Positions 16,495-30,203 of a DNA stretch of 64,000 bases are shown in pieces. A model generated the notes under the pieces. It did no database searches. It was not told where the DNA came from and saw only the letters and a program-made list of their open reading frames with translations. The position numbers and the translations under genes are program-made. The stretch is from the NCBI GenBank assembly GCA_964016885.1, contig OZ024742.1, positions 180,048,001 through 180,112,000 on the forward strand, given 5' to 3'. The first letter of the stretch is position 1, and the number at the start of each line of letters is the position of its first letter. This stretch comes from Eledone cirrhosa (lineage: Eukaryota).

Positions 16495-16666
16495 ATAGGA
16501 AAAAGTATGACCCCCGACGGCAGAGCTCAAGCCGTTTCGACGGCTATTTCTGGCTTAGCTCTGCCTTCGGGGTCATACTTTTTCCTATGTCCCACTCCAC
16601 TACCCTAAGTATTGAGTACTCTGGTGCGTTATGGTCCATCAGGTTCCTTACCACAATTCCTTTGTT
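16495..16666. mobile_element. Short fold-back element inserted in (TA)n; same family at 25938-26140 and 53405-53490
   Basis: Inverted arms 16495-16588. Shares GAAACGGCTTGAGCTCWGCCGTC with both other copies and the AGTATTGAGTACT..GTGCGTTATGGTCCA tail with the 25.9 kb copy. Confidence 0.75.
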
Positions 16667-16742
16667 ATATATATATATATATATATATTAATCAAACACT
16701 ATATATATATATATTTATATATATATATATATATTAATCACA

Positions 16743-16779
<37 letters not shown>

Positions 16780-16784
16780 TCACA

Positions 16785-16829
<45 letters not shown>

Positions 16830-17101
16830 TCACATTGTTAATAACTCCCTCTGGTCGAGCAATCTTTGAAGTGTGGGGACAGCTGGAAGGCTTCCATTAC
16901 TCATACTTCTCGCCTTCTTCACCACCTCTTCTACGGCCTCGATATAAATACCCCCTCCGCCTCCGTGGTATTTTCTTCGGGGTTATAAGAGGCTTAGCTC
17001 TGTTTCTCGACCGTTATATCGCGTGACTATCTCCCCCTCCGCCTTTTGGGATTCTTTCTCACGTCGTGTAGACGCGTTCTTGAGACTAGTAAAACGAGGC
17101 A

Positions 17102-17191
17102 TCCTCTTGATAAGTCGGCAGACCTCGCAGGGACTCTATATCTTTATGATATATTGTTTTTGTTTATGCCACGAAACTACGTAGTCGAGGA
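17102..17191 (+). ncRNA. Type I hammerhead ribozyme, U3-A8 core variant, long helix II
   Basis: TCCTC-TTGATAA-[59 nt, GT(C)GGCA/TGCCAC base]-GAAA-CTACGTAG-TC-GAGGA. Helix III is the palindrome ACTACGTAGT. Confidence 0.75.
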
Positions 17192-17467
17192 ATTTAGGAG
17201 CAGTTTAGGTATGATACATTTTATTACTAATTATATCTAAATGTTTCTTCTCTCTTCATAATGTATTTTTAACTCTGATACTGGTTCAGTCTAGTTCAAC
17301 TGAATTGGTCTGTCCCAGTCATTCATTGAGCAACATCGGTGAAGTTGGCACCCTTAACTCACAGTTGGGTGCGGATGCATTCATGTATATATGTGTGTGT
17401 CCGCATGTATCTGTGTGTTTCTAATTATATTATATATATATGTATATATATATATTAATCACACACA

Positions 17468-17525
<58 letters not shown>

Positions 17526-17554
17526 ATATGTAGGGGCTCCCTATATATATGTAT

Positions 17555-17750
17555 ATGTGGGAGCCCCTACATGGACACACTAGAAGAGGAAGACCAAGGT
17601 TAACGTATGTTGATGCCCTAAGGACAGACACTGGTCTGTTGGAGACGCAGGACATGGCAGCGATAATGAGGGACAGAGACCGCTGGAGAGAACTCGTCCA
17701 TGGATCTCGGGAATTTTACCCGCCTTAGATAGATAGATAGATAGATAGAT
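17555..17750 (+). mobile_element. 3' terminal fragment of an RTE-like LINE with an (AGAT)n tail; same family as 50098-51697
   Basis: Near-identical to the reverse complement of 50100-50270 (RGRPRLTYVDALRTDTGL). Confidence 0.8.
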
Positions 17751-17784
17751 GTATATATATATATATGTATATATTAATCACACA

Positions 17785-17830
<46 letters not shown>

Positions 17831-18189
17831 TAATCACACACTATATATATATATATATTAATCAAACGTTCTTCTCACACTGTTGGTAAAATCTTTCCCT
17901 GTATTCCTCCATATTTGGTTTCCGTCTCTGATCTTCTGTCTATGATCATTTTATTGGTGTAAGTGTATATGTATCTGTATTGGGTGTGTATATATATATA
18001 TATACATTGTGTGTATATATATATGTATCTGCAGTGTGTGTATATATATATGTATCTACATTGTGTGTATATGAATGTGTGTGTTGCAGCAAAATGATGA
18101 AACCACTGTTAGAGAATAAACATAATTTTGCTGCTCAATATATGTTTCTGGCTTCTCTTATATACATAACACACACATACACACATATA

Positions 18190-18241
<52 letters not shown>

Positions 18242-18724
18242 GTGTGTGTGTATACATATATACATATACATGTGTGTATATACATATATACATGTGTGTA
18301 TATACATATATACATGTGTGTGTACACATATACATATACATATATACATCTACATATACACATATACATATATATACATCTACATATATATATTATCGTT
18401 TTCACCTCAGTTTTTTTACGCTTGCATGGATATATATATATATGCACACACTCTCTTGTATCTAAACATATACACACGTGCGCGCGCGCACACACACACA
18501 AGCAAATAAATAAATGCATATATATGTATATATGATATGCTTATATATGTGTAAGTGTATGTAATATATGTATGTGTGTGTATAATATCGTTTTTACAGG
18601 ATACTATAATAGTACCTATAATTACATATCTATATACCTGCCTGTGAATAGATGTATATATCTTGTTGAATACTATTAACAATGTAATGTCTGCATATGT
18701 ATGTATGCACATATGTAGAGTTGT

Positions 18725-20220
18725 ATGTGTGTTTGTGATGAAATCTGTATATGTATGAATACAAACGTTTGTGTGTGTGTGTTTACGATGAAATCTATGT
18801 ATGTATGTATGTATGTTTGCACACATGTATATGTGTTTGTGATGAAATCTGTGTATATGTATGAATACAAACGTTTGTGTGTGTGTGTGTTTACCATGAA
18901 ATCTATGTATGTATGTATGTATGTTTGCACACATGTATATGTGTTTGTGATGAAATCTGTGTATATGTATGAATACAAACGTTTGTGTGTGTGTGTTTAC
19001 CATGAAATCTATGTATGTATGTATGTATGTTTGCACACATGTATATGTGTTTGTGATGAAATCTGTGTATATGTATGAATACAAACGTTTGTGTGTGTGT
19101 GTTTACCATGAAATCTATGTATGTATGTATGTATGTTTGCACACATGTATATGTGTTTGTGATGAAATCTGTGTATATGTATGAATACAAACGTTTGTGT
19201 GTGTGTGTTTACCATGAAATCTATGTATGTATGTATGTATGTTTGCACACATGTATATGTGTTTGCGATGAAATCTGTGTATATTTATGAATACAAACGT
19301 TTGTGTGTGTGTGTTTACCATGAAATCTATGTATGTATGTATGTATGTTTGCACACATGTATATGTGTTTGTGATGAAATCTGTGTATATGTATGAATAC
19401 AAACGTTTATATGTGTGTGTTTGAGATAAAATCTGTGTAAATGTATTTATACAAACGTTTATATGTGTGTGTTTGTGATGAAATCTGTGTATATGTATGA
19501 ATACAAACGTTTATATGTGTGTGTATGAGATGAAATCTGTGTATATGTATGAATACAAACGTTTATATGTGTGTGTTTGAAATGAAATCTGTGTATATGT
19601 ATGAATACAAACGTTTATATGTGTGTGTTTGTGATGAAATCTGTGTATATGTATGAATACAAACGTTTATATGTGTGTGTTTGAGATGAAATCTGTGTAT
19701 ATGTATGAATACAAACGTCTATATGTGTGTGTTTGTGATGAAATCTGTGTATATCTATGAATACAAACGTTTATATGTGTGTGTTTGAGATGAAATCTGT
19801 GTATATGTATGAATACAAACGTTTATATGTGTGTGTTTGAGATGAAATCTGTGTATATGTATGAATACAAACGTTTATATGTGTGTGTTTGTGATGAAAT
19901 CTGTGTATATGTATGAATACAAACGTTTATATGTGTGTGTTTGTGATGAAATCTGTGTATATGTATGAATACAAACGTTTATATGTGTGTGTTTGTGATG
20001 AAATCTGTGTATATGTATGAATACAAACGTTTATATGTGTGTGTTTGTGATGAAATCTGTGTATATGTATGAATACAAGCGTTTATATGTGTGTGTTTGT
20101 GATGAAATCTGTGTATATGTATGAATACACACGTTTATATGTGTGTGTTTGAGATGAAATCTGTGTATATGTATGAATTCAAACGTTTATATGTGTGTGT
20201 TTGAGATGAAATCTGTGTAT
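18725..20220. repeat. Minisatellite: 106-bp dimeric units (to about 19410) switching to 52-bp monomers, then decaying to about 21150
   Basis: GATGAAATCTGTGTATATGTATGAATACAAACGTTT motif. ORF artefacts recur every 106 bp (18969, 19075, 19181). Monomer spacing is 52 bp (19633, 19685). Confidence 0.9.
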
Positions 20221-21924
20221 GTATCTATGTTTGCACACATGTATGTGTGTGAGACGAATTGTGTGTATAAGTGTGCATGGTGTTAGTGCATGTGTATTTG
20301 TGTGCCTGTGTTAGTTGAAATTAATATGTATGCATATTTATATGTATGTTTGTGTGTGTCTGATTTTGGTGAAAATGTATGTACATATATGTATATATTG
20401 TATGCACAAGTGTGTGTTTGTAGTGAAATGAGTGTGTATGTATGAATGTTTGTGGATGTGTATGCGTGTGGTTAAATGCATGTACATATATAAGTGTGTA
20501 TGCACATGTGTATGTTTGTATTTGTTGGGAATGTGTGAATATGTATGTACATGTCTGTGTGCATGTGATGAGATGTGTGTAGATGTGACCATATATGCAC
20601 TCGTGTGTGTATGTGTGGTGAAACGTGTATATACATATATATATGTGTGTGTGAGTGTGATCAAATGTGTGTATATGTATGCAGACATGTATGCGTGTGT
20701 GGTAAAATGTATGTATGCTTGCACATGTGTGATGAAATGTCTGTATATGTATGTACACATGTATCTGTGGGGCAAAATGTGTATGTGTATATATGCGCAC
20801 ATGTGTGTGTGTGAAGAAATGTGTATATATATATGCACACATGTATGTGTGCGCGGTGTAATATGTATGTACATATATATGCGTGCATGAGTGTGTGACG
20901 AATTGTGTGTTTATGTATGCACACATCTGTGTGTAGTGAAATGTGTATATATGTATATATGCGCATCTTTGTGTGTGTGTGTATGAGAGGTGGAATGTGT
21001 ATATATGTGCATATATATGTAGACTTATTTGTTGGAATGCGTATATGTGCATGTGTGTGTGATGAAACGTGTAAATGTCTGTAGACATATTTGGTGGAAT
21101 ATGTATGTGTGTGTGTGTGTGTGTAATGAAATCAGTATGCACACATTTATATGTGTGTTCCTACATCAAAATATAATGCCTATTATTGATTACTGTAGAG
21201 AAAGGCTGGTCAAGCTTTCATCACAAACAAGGTGTTTTTCTATTGTGAAAAGTATTAGATCTACATTGACTATCTACCACTAGTGGACATCAAAGAACTT
21301 TATATGCAGATACACTCACTAATACACACACATATATATATGTATGTAAATAGAGAGAGAAATTAAAAAGAGACATGAACAGACATATAGAAAGATAAAT
21401 CTCTCTCTCTCATATATATATATATAAGGAAAAGAAATTGAAAATGCAACAAATAATCATAAGAACTGTGAAACCGGTAAATAAATATTCTTAAAAGATT
21501 AGTTACATTTCCAATTTATTTTCCTTATATCATTATATCTTTACCTGCATGGAACATTTAAAAACCTTACTTTCTTTTAGAGAGAGAAAGAGAAAGAGAA
21601 AAAGAAAGAGAGGTGAATGTATGTATTTTTATATATGATAATAAAAAGGAGCAGGAACAAAGTCTAATGAACTATCAATTACTGAGTCAGGCACGATCAC
21701 TGCTAAATGTTTACCGAAAATTAACTGACTTTCAGACCTTTCTGCTAAAATAATCTAGGAAAAACAAAATGCCTAATGATAAGGGAGGTGCTAATACTTT
21801 GAAAGTTTATGATCTTAGACTAGTCAGGCAGCGAAGACTGAGTCTGTCACTGAATGCACTAGGTTGGTGCTGGAGAAAGGGCTCACTGTTTTAATAGTGT
21901 GACACACCTATTTTTTTTTATATC

Positions 21925-24900
21925 TGTACGAAACAAGGGTAAAACCAAAGCCTTCACCAGGCGCAATTTTGAACTACCAATGAAATCACAACAACGAGAC
22001 TACGTACACACAGTCTGCTGATAGTAGTTCACTTCAGTTATAGACATTTTGCCTAGCCCACCTTTAGTTATGCAGGGGTCTTTAGGGTCCCCCCCCCCCC
22101 ACAACATCTCCCTTTTTGAGATTCCTCTTCTGGAGCTTAATATTTTTTACATTTTGGGTCCACTTCTAATAATTCCGTACGTTTTCCTCGTACTCATCCG
22201 TGTAGGTTCAACAATTTCTTTGGGGGTTGGCACACCGAAAATATCATATAATGCTTCCATTGGTTCTACATTTTTCGTGACCCTTTCTTCAGCAAACCTT
22301 TTTTTAAACTGATTCACGTCTTTTATGTTCCCATTTGCGATCTTTTACCATAAACAACATTTCTGCAATTTGTTTACTTATCACGCCGTCTTCCCACATT
22401 TCTTAACCATTTTTATACATTCTAAAACCATTTTGTCGCCAAGAGCTTTCATTCTTGATATTCCTGGATGACCAATGTGAAATTCTTTTAATATTTGCTT
22501 TTGCAGTGTGACCGGCATTACTACCCTTTGTGCATACATCAATACATTGTCACAAATTGAGTACGAGTTCGAATCTGGGTTGCGTTCTGCAAATCACATT
22601 TTTATTTATTTTTTTCGGCTCTTAGTAATCTTTTCATTTTCGTAATAAAACTGTCTTCCACTTTTAATTTTATTTCTTCTAAGGTAACAGGTAATTCCCG
22701 TACTACGTTACACAATATATTTTTTATTTCCTTTTCAGGTCTTAATGCTGCGATCACTGTGTCTTCCAATAGTTCACTACATTTAGGTATCAATCTTGAT
22801 AGACCATCAGTGTGTCCTAATTTTTTGGATAGTAGATACTCCAACTTAAAATAAAAAATTCCCTTCTTTAATCTGTAAATTGACAACAATAATACCGTAC
22901 TCACTAACATCCGAAGCCCTTACGATTTCTATTTTTGGGTCATAATGCGCAAATGTTAATAATGCGCATAATGTCCAATGTTAATGTTTTTAATTTCTTC
23001 AAACGCCTTCTGGCACTTATCAGTCCAATTCCACTTTACGTCTCTTTTTAGCAAATTATTTAGTGGAGCTAATATTTTGCATGTTCGGTATATATATTTG
23101 ATAATAGTTCGCAAACTCCAAAAATGCTTGTAACAGTAACGTTTTTCAGCAGGGGCATATTTTTAATTGCACTTGCCCTCGACGGATCTGGTTGATGCCC
23201 TTTTTTTAATCGATGATTTGTCCTAGGTACTCTATTTTAGGCAACTGAAATTCGCAATTCTCATATCTGAGTTTGAACCCATACTCTTATCTTTTCAAAA
23301 ACATACTTGACATGCTGATCATGAAAATTTATTTTTAATTAATGCGTCGTTCAAGTAGGCAATCGCGAACTACAATCTGCCAGCATAGTATCCATAACTG
23401 GTTGGAATATAACCGGTGCAACTGTTATGCCTCAGGGAAGTCGGTTAAATTTGTACAAACCTTTATGCGTATTTATTGTCAACTTTGTACATTCGTCTTC
23501 AACTTGTATTTGTAGGTAAGCTTCCGAAGGTCTAATATCGAGAAAAAATTTCCACCGTTTAGTCTCTCAAAAATATCTTCTGGACTTGGCAATGGGTAGT
23601 TGTATGGTCTTAAACATTCGTTTAGTCCTGTCGAAAAGTCTGCGCACACACGAATTTTATTATAATTTTTTGTTTTTACATACAGTGTTGGAGCAGCCCA
23701 CTCAGTAGGGGTCAATTTTTTCAATCACTCCCATTTTTTATAGTCTATCTAATTCTTTGTCGACTTGATCTAATGCTGCAAACGGTACATTACGTTTGGG
23801 TTTAAATACAGGTGTCACATTTTCTTTCACTTGAAATCTAGCTTTAGTACAACGACCTAACTCATTCGAAAAAAGCCACTGGGGAACCACCTTTTCCACT
23901 CTTTTTTAAAATTTTCTGACGACGACCCAATTACATTTTTACAAAAAGATATGTATGGGTAAATCCCATAAGTCGAACAGCTCCATGCAGTCAGTACCGA
24001 AAAGATTTGTTGTATTTCTTAATACATAAGCTCTAGCTTTTACGGTCTTGCCACGAAATTTAATGTTATTTACTATTTCGCCTTTTAAAAACAATTTATT
24101 CCCCGAAACGCCACATTCAATCTTCGAGGTTTTATTTTTATAGTAATGTCGCTACCTGTAACTGCTATTTCACATTCACATTTTTAGTTTTTACATACAC
24201 AAATTTCATTTGAATCTCGCTTATTCTTTTTTCGTTGATAACCTGTTTACATAATGTTTCCTATTGCCCTTTTTCTTGGTTTTGTTTTGCAGTGTGGGTT
24301 TTTTTTATGTCCTATTCTCCCACACTCGAAGCACCTCAAAGGACAACTGTATCTGAAGTGTAATCCTCCACATCGGATACATGGATTAAGTTTTTCTTGT
24401 TCACCTTTGGTCGCACAGACTGTATATAAGAGCAGTCTCTTTCTTCGATTCTATTCGTATTGTGTCACAGATTTATAATTCTCTGACATTCTTTAGATGT
24501 TTCCTGTAAAGTTAAGTTCTGATCTGCTCTAATTTTGTCAGAATTCTAGTACGAATTTCCGCATCTTTTTGCAGTTAACCCCCACACAAAAATAAAACAT
24601 TTAAACATGTCTGGGGTTAGTTCGTTAAGTTTAAATCTTTCGCAATCCTTGTTATACCTGACAATCTTAGCATACCTGACAAAACTCTTTGTCCTCTCTT
24701 TTCGCTAAATTCATACACTGCCAATGGGTGTTGATAGGATATTTACTTATTTCTCAAAACAGATCCCACATGGTTTCTTCAGTATTATATAGTTGTAGTA
24801 TTTTTCATGTTCGACTGGTGCCAACTTTTTCAACAAAAGTCATGTTTTTATTCTCGTCTTCCCAGCTGCTGCATTCTTCCCGGAAAATTTCCTCGTGTCT

Positions 24901-25323
24901 TCTAAATTAAGCGGAGAAGGTAATATCGTCATCTGGGTTATATGCGAGTTCTCCTGAGTTTGCCACAGCGTCCGGAGTGAAGAAACTTGACGTATTTTCC
25001 GTTTTCTACAGTATTAGTTTTATTAATTGATGCTGTTGCAACTGTACCACTTGGGCTAGTAAATCTTCCATATTAAGGAAATTTTATTTTCTACAAAATA
25101 ATTTTTTAAAAATCAGTCCAACGTAAGCTTCGAATAAATCGTCGCCACTGTTATACTGGTGTGATAAAAACCAAAGCATTTACCAGGCGTAATTTGGAAC
25201 TACTAACGAGAGAATACGTACACACAGCCTGCTGGCAGTTCCCTTCAGTTGTTATTTATAGACATTTCGCCTAGTCCCCCTTTTGTTACACGAGTGTGTT
25301 CAGGGGTTTTTCCCTTCATCACA
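21925..25323 (-). mobile_element. Degenerate, internally deleted Gypsy/Ty3 LTR retrotransposon
   Basis: Diverged LTRs of about 180 bp at 21925-22106 and 25149-25323. PBS TGGCGAC (rc at 25141-25147), PPT AAAAAGGGAGA (rc at about 22107-22117). Gag CCHC knuckles at about 24290-24385. RT WAAP..KIRVCADFSTGLN..YPLP (23479-23724), DGLSRL (22602-22910) and an integrase HIGHPGISRMK remnant. Confidence 0.88.
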
Positions 25324-25937
25324 CTGTATGCTGCATTCCAGATAAGGGACTGACTTATCTGGGAAGACCGTGATCTCGTCTGGCCTTTAGGTCCAGACCC
25401 GCCGGCTCGTGATAAGAAGGGAAGCTTGCAGCCTCCAAGCCATATTTTATGATTTCGTTGAAAGCGGTATGGCATAGGAGGCAACATGCTCTAGGTCATG
25501 TAGTGTGCCTCATGTTCCCTGATTGTAGTAGGTTCTATTGGGGAGAACCTCGTTGATCACCATATGGTAGAAGCTCACTGATGAAAGGAATGTCGGCAAA
25601 GACAGTGAGACTGGAGACCGAATTTCCCATAGCTAACAAGTAAGGTGGCATGTTACCAACCATTGTTGTCAATCAGGCTCTTGCATATCTCCTCAGCATT
25701 GCGTTGGATGCAATTGACTTCTAAAACACTAAATTATCTTTGAACATTTCCAACATAAAGTCTATGTACTTTTTCCACAAACACGCTTACGTAAACTTTG
25801 CCTTCATTAGGTTTACAAATTAAAATTTAAAATATCCTATATTTGAATTCTGTCCTATTTTAACTGTATGTGTATTTTAACACGTGATGTGAAATTAATC
25901 ATTCAATGGTGTCAATGTTTTGTATATATATATATAT

Positions 25938-26140
25938 ATAGGAACGAGTAGGACCCCGATGGCTGAGCTCAAGCCGTTTCGACGGCTAATTCTGGACTAA
26001 TGCGTCCAGAATTAGCCGTCGAAACGGCTTGAGCTCAGCCGTCGGGGTCCTACTCATTCCTATTACCCACTCTACTACTCTAAGTATTGAGTACTTTGGT
26101 GCGTTATGGTCCACCTGGTACCTTACCACATTTCCTCCGT
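25938..26140. mobile_element. Fold-back element (near-perfect 60-bp-arm hairpin at 25938-26063) with the 3' half of a hammerhead
   Basis: ATAGGAA..TCTGGAC taatgc GTCCAGA..TTCCTAT. Contains GAAACGGC-loop-GCCGTC. Confidence 0.75.
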
Positions 26141-26196
26141 TATATATATTTATATATATATGTAAGAATATTTTTGAAACAGCGAGTTGATTTGAA

Positions 26197-26569
26197 ATTA
26201 TTAGAAATGTTAGCTATCGCCGTATTTTGGCTAAATAAATTATTTAGCCTGATAGTGGGGTTAAGAAGCCTCGGAGAAATGGAAAAAGATGAGTATTGAC
26301 GTACATGGGAGTCGAACCCACATCTTTGGTTATCCGGAACACTGTGATACCATTTACACCAACACATGTGTAAATGGTAGTACAGTGGTCGGAATATGTG
26401 TTGGTGTAAATGGTATCACAGTGGTCCGGATAACCAAAGATGTGGGTTCGACTCCCATGTACGTCAATACTCATCTTTTTCCATTCCTCCGAGGGTTCTT
26501 AATCCCACTATCAGGCTAAATAATTTCTTTAATTTCTTTAGCCAAAATATGGCGATAGCTAACATTTCT

Positions 26570-26574
<5 letters not shown>
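26197..26574. mobile_element. Fold-back element with arms of about 170 bp, each carrying a tRNA-like head (26395-26466 on +)
   Basis: Arms are reverse complements. TGGTGTAAATGG A-box and a GTGGG-TTCGACT-CCCAT T-arm; anticodon loop is non-canonical. Confidence 0.75.
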
Positions 26575-26652
<78 letters not shown>

Positions 26653-28564
26653 TATTAAACTAGTTAGACCATTATTAAACAGAGTACTCGATACTTGGGA
26701 TAGTATGGCTGAACTTTAGCCTTTTCAACAACTAGTTCCAAACTAATATACTTTGTTCAAATTTCTGAACACATTTTCCTTGTTATATCTACAAATATAT
26801 GCTTAATTTTCTAAAAATGGTGACACTTGAAATTCAAACACAGCAGCCGTGAGTCTGATGTAGTGGATACGAATCGGCCAACATTTATTTATACTATGTA
26901 TGAAGTGATATTTTTAAAATGAAACCGACAGTTATCTGATTTAAAAGCACAGCAAGTGTTTACGATATTGACTCCAAAATTTGTTTACAATAACGACTCC
27001 ACAATTTTCAAGTCGTGTTCTAACCTACTGTTGTCATTACAATGCAACAATCACTAGTCATGCGGAATGTTGACCATATTAATGGCAGCACAGCAGTGGT
27101 ATCATTTCCTACATGAAAATGTGATAAATGTGGAATTCTTTCTATAGAATTCGAGAAAACAAAAACATCAAGATAGCTGTTATATGTGGTTTATGAAAAC
27201 AACCAATGTCAAGGACAATGCTTCTATTCCATGATAGAAATTAAATTGTAATTAATCATTTCATTTTATAGAGAAATCTTATTTTCAATCTCTTAACCTT
27301 CTTACAGAAGTACACATTTTGAAACAAGCCACATTCATGCATTAACAGATATTAATGAGGCAACATCCATGCGAAGTATTGCACTTCATGAAGACAGAAC
27401 AAACAAGGTAACAGCCTTTACTTTAGTAGTTGATTCATATTGTTACCGTTAGCCACTACATATATATATATATATATACAGGCATTAACAGATATTGCTG
27501 CCTAAATAACTGGGACTATGAGGCAACATCCACCTGAGGTTTTGCACTTTCAAAAGACAGAATAAGTGATCCAAAGAAAAAACACATATCAACTTTTCAT
27601 CTCTTGTTAGAAACAATATCATTGGCTGAGATGAACTTAGGTATTCTAGCCAATGAACATACTTAACTTACAGATGATCTGGAGTCTATAGAGAGTTCTC
27701 TCACCAGTTGTCGCTTATGATGTGATACACACACATGATAGAGTAACTCTTGTAGGAGTCAGTGGGGTGTCATATTGACAAACATTGTTTCTTGGGTATT
27801 TTTAAACCTGGTGGAGCCCATCTCCTCTCCAGGTCTAAATACAGCAAATTTATTCCAGAAAAGGATAGAGAGAGTGAGAGGATGGAAGTAAGAAAGAGAT
27901 ATAGAGGAAGAATTCACCTGAGTACTTGACTGGTACATTTTTCTCGACATCAAAAAATGAACTCAAATAAGTTGACTTCAGCAGGATTTGAACTGAGAGA
28001 GCAGAGAGTTGGAATAAATACCAGCTAGCATTCTATCAAACGTTCTAATTGATTCTGTCACTTCACCGCCAAGAGTAACATATTGTATCTCTTAAAATAT
28101 TAAAAGAAAATGTTTTCGGAACTTGATCATGCAGGATTAAATATAAATGTAATATCTAAATTTTTGGCAGAATTACATATAGAATTACATATTGAATAAT
28201 TTTACCAAGTTAATAAATGGACAATTAATATTATTTTCTTTTTCTTTTAGCTACATTGAAGTAAAAATACGTACACCATACTTTGAATTTATTGTATGCG
28301 TAGGTGCTTAAATTGAAAAGCATGAGCTTTCAATTCTAATTAGTAAATATGGAAATAAAAATAGAATTGAAACTAAGAAAATTACTAGAAATATATTTAA
28401 ATCAATAATAAAGATTTAATCTATTCATTTCTCATACTGCCCATGTGAAAGGATTTTAAATATAACAGAATGAGAATAATTTCAAATGATATATAATTTG
28501 ATAGATTGCTTTGAATGGGATGTGAATAAAATTAATTGTATTATATATATATATATATATATAT

Positions 28565-28916
28565 CAATATCATCATCATCATTGTTTAACGTCCATTTTC
28601 CACGCTAGCATGGGTTAGACAGGTTTTCCCATTTGAAGCAAGTTGTGTCAGGTGACCGTATCTTACTCATATAGAACTGTTTCTGGTTAGGTTTCTATGG
28701 CTGGATGCCCTTCCTAATACCAACCACATTTACAGTGTGTACTGGGTGCTTTATGTCATGATTCCTACATGACCATGTTACTGTGTGAACTGGGTGTTTT
28801 TGTCATGATTCCTACATGACCACTTTACAGTGTGGGCTGGGTGCATTTTGTCATGACACCTACATGACCCCTTTAACAGTGTGGGCTGGGTGCTTTTTGT
28901 CATGAAACCTACTATA

Positions 28917-28947
<31 letters not shown>

Positions 28948-29570
28948 CATTCATCATTTAACGTCCATCTTCTGCACTAGCATGGGTTAGACGGATTTGT
29001 CCCACTTGAGGCAAGTTGGGTCAGGTGATCCTGTCTCACTCATATAGGACTGTTTCTGGCTGGTTTTCTATGGCTGGATACCCTTCCTAATGCCAACCAC
29101 ATTTACAGGGTGGGCTGGATTTTTTGAGATACCAACATAATTTTATAGAGAAAGGGTGGTGTGGGTGGAAGTGAGAGGAAGGTGTGGGGGTTATGATGTA
29201 TATTGGATTAAGAGGTGCCTACTGAGTGTAGGTTTAAGTTTGTATGCAAGGGAAAGCAGGTCTTCTGTGTTACTGCATAGTACCAGAGATCTCAATCCTG
29301 CTACATTGTCTTAGAGAGCTGCAAGTGTACAAGATCAGCTTTTATCACCTTGTCCCATGTTTTTCTGGATCTACCCACTCTGTAGCTGTCATCAATTTTG
29401 ATTGCTCTGCACTTTTTTCACATTACATGACCATACCAACTTAATCTCTTCTCTAGTAAACTGCATCTGATCCCTCTTATACCTAATTTCTTGCTTAGTT
29501 CGTTTATGATTTACTGTTCGTGTATATTACTATTACACATCCATCGGAGCATGCATACTTCGTTCCTTTT
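28565..29570 (-). mobile_element. Two adjacent copies of a non-autonomous RTE-tailed repeat. Other copies: 30712-31190, 32005-32190, 53815-54210.
   Basis: (CAT)n tail + TTTWACGTCC..CACGCTAGCATGGGTTAGAC (RTE-type 3' end) + GGATGCCCTTCCTAA motif shared among copies. RTE RT remnant at 29330-29570. Confidence 0.72.
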
Positions 29571-30164
29571 CAATATATATATATAATTGTCTGAGGATCC
29601 TATGTGTACACAGGTGAAACCCTAGACTAATAAGACTTATCAATTAGCCATAATAAAGAATATTTTAATCTCTACTTTGGCAGTGAGTGTTCATTCTTAC
29701 GTCAGTCAATACCACAAGGATATATATATATATATGTAAATTCAAGCACAATTGACATATATAGGAATATATCAAACAAAACACAGGAGATAATTTTCAA
29801 TAAATGTAAGAACATATTAATCACAAATGAGCAGTTTAACAAAAAATCCAACGGTACATACCAAACACCAAATAATTATTTTAATCTCTCATACATAGTT
29901 CCTTAATGGCTCATTTCTGATTAATATACCTGTGTATTGTTTGATATATTTCTATATATGTCATTCACTCTTGAATTTGTATTATTAAGAGCTTGGAATT
30001 TATCCTTGAGCTTTCGTTACAGGCGATATAGCGTGTGTCTGTAATTTCTCAGACATGACATCTTAATTCATTTTAGCAATATATATATATTGGATCGTTA
30101 AGTATGAAATTTGTAGAAATTTGTAGAAAAAGAACAAATTTCTACGAATTTCATACTTGACGAC

Positions 30165-30203
<39 letters not shown>

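Noticed and set aside
25565-25610. CTGATGA followed by a hairpin
   Set aside because: No GAAA-helix III-UH arrangement, so not a hammerhead.
26395-26466. Functional tRNA gene
   Set aside because: The anticodon loop lacks U33, the acceptor stem is weak and it sits within a fold-back repeat. Treated as tRNA-derived.
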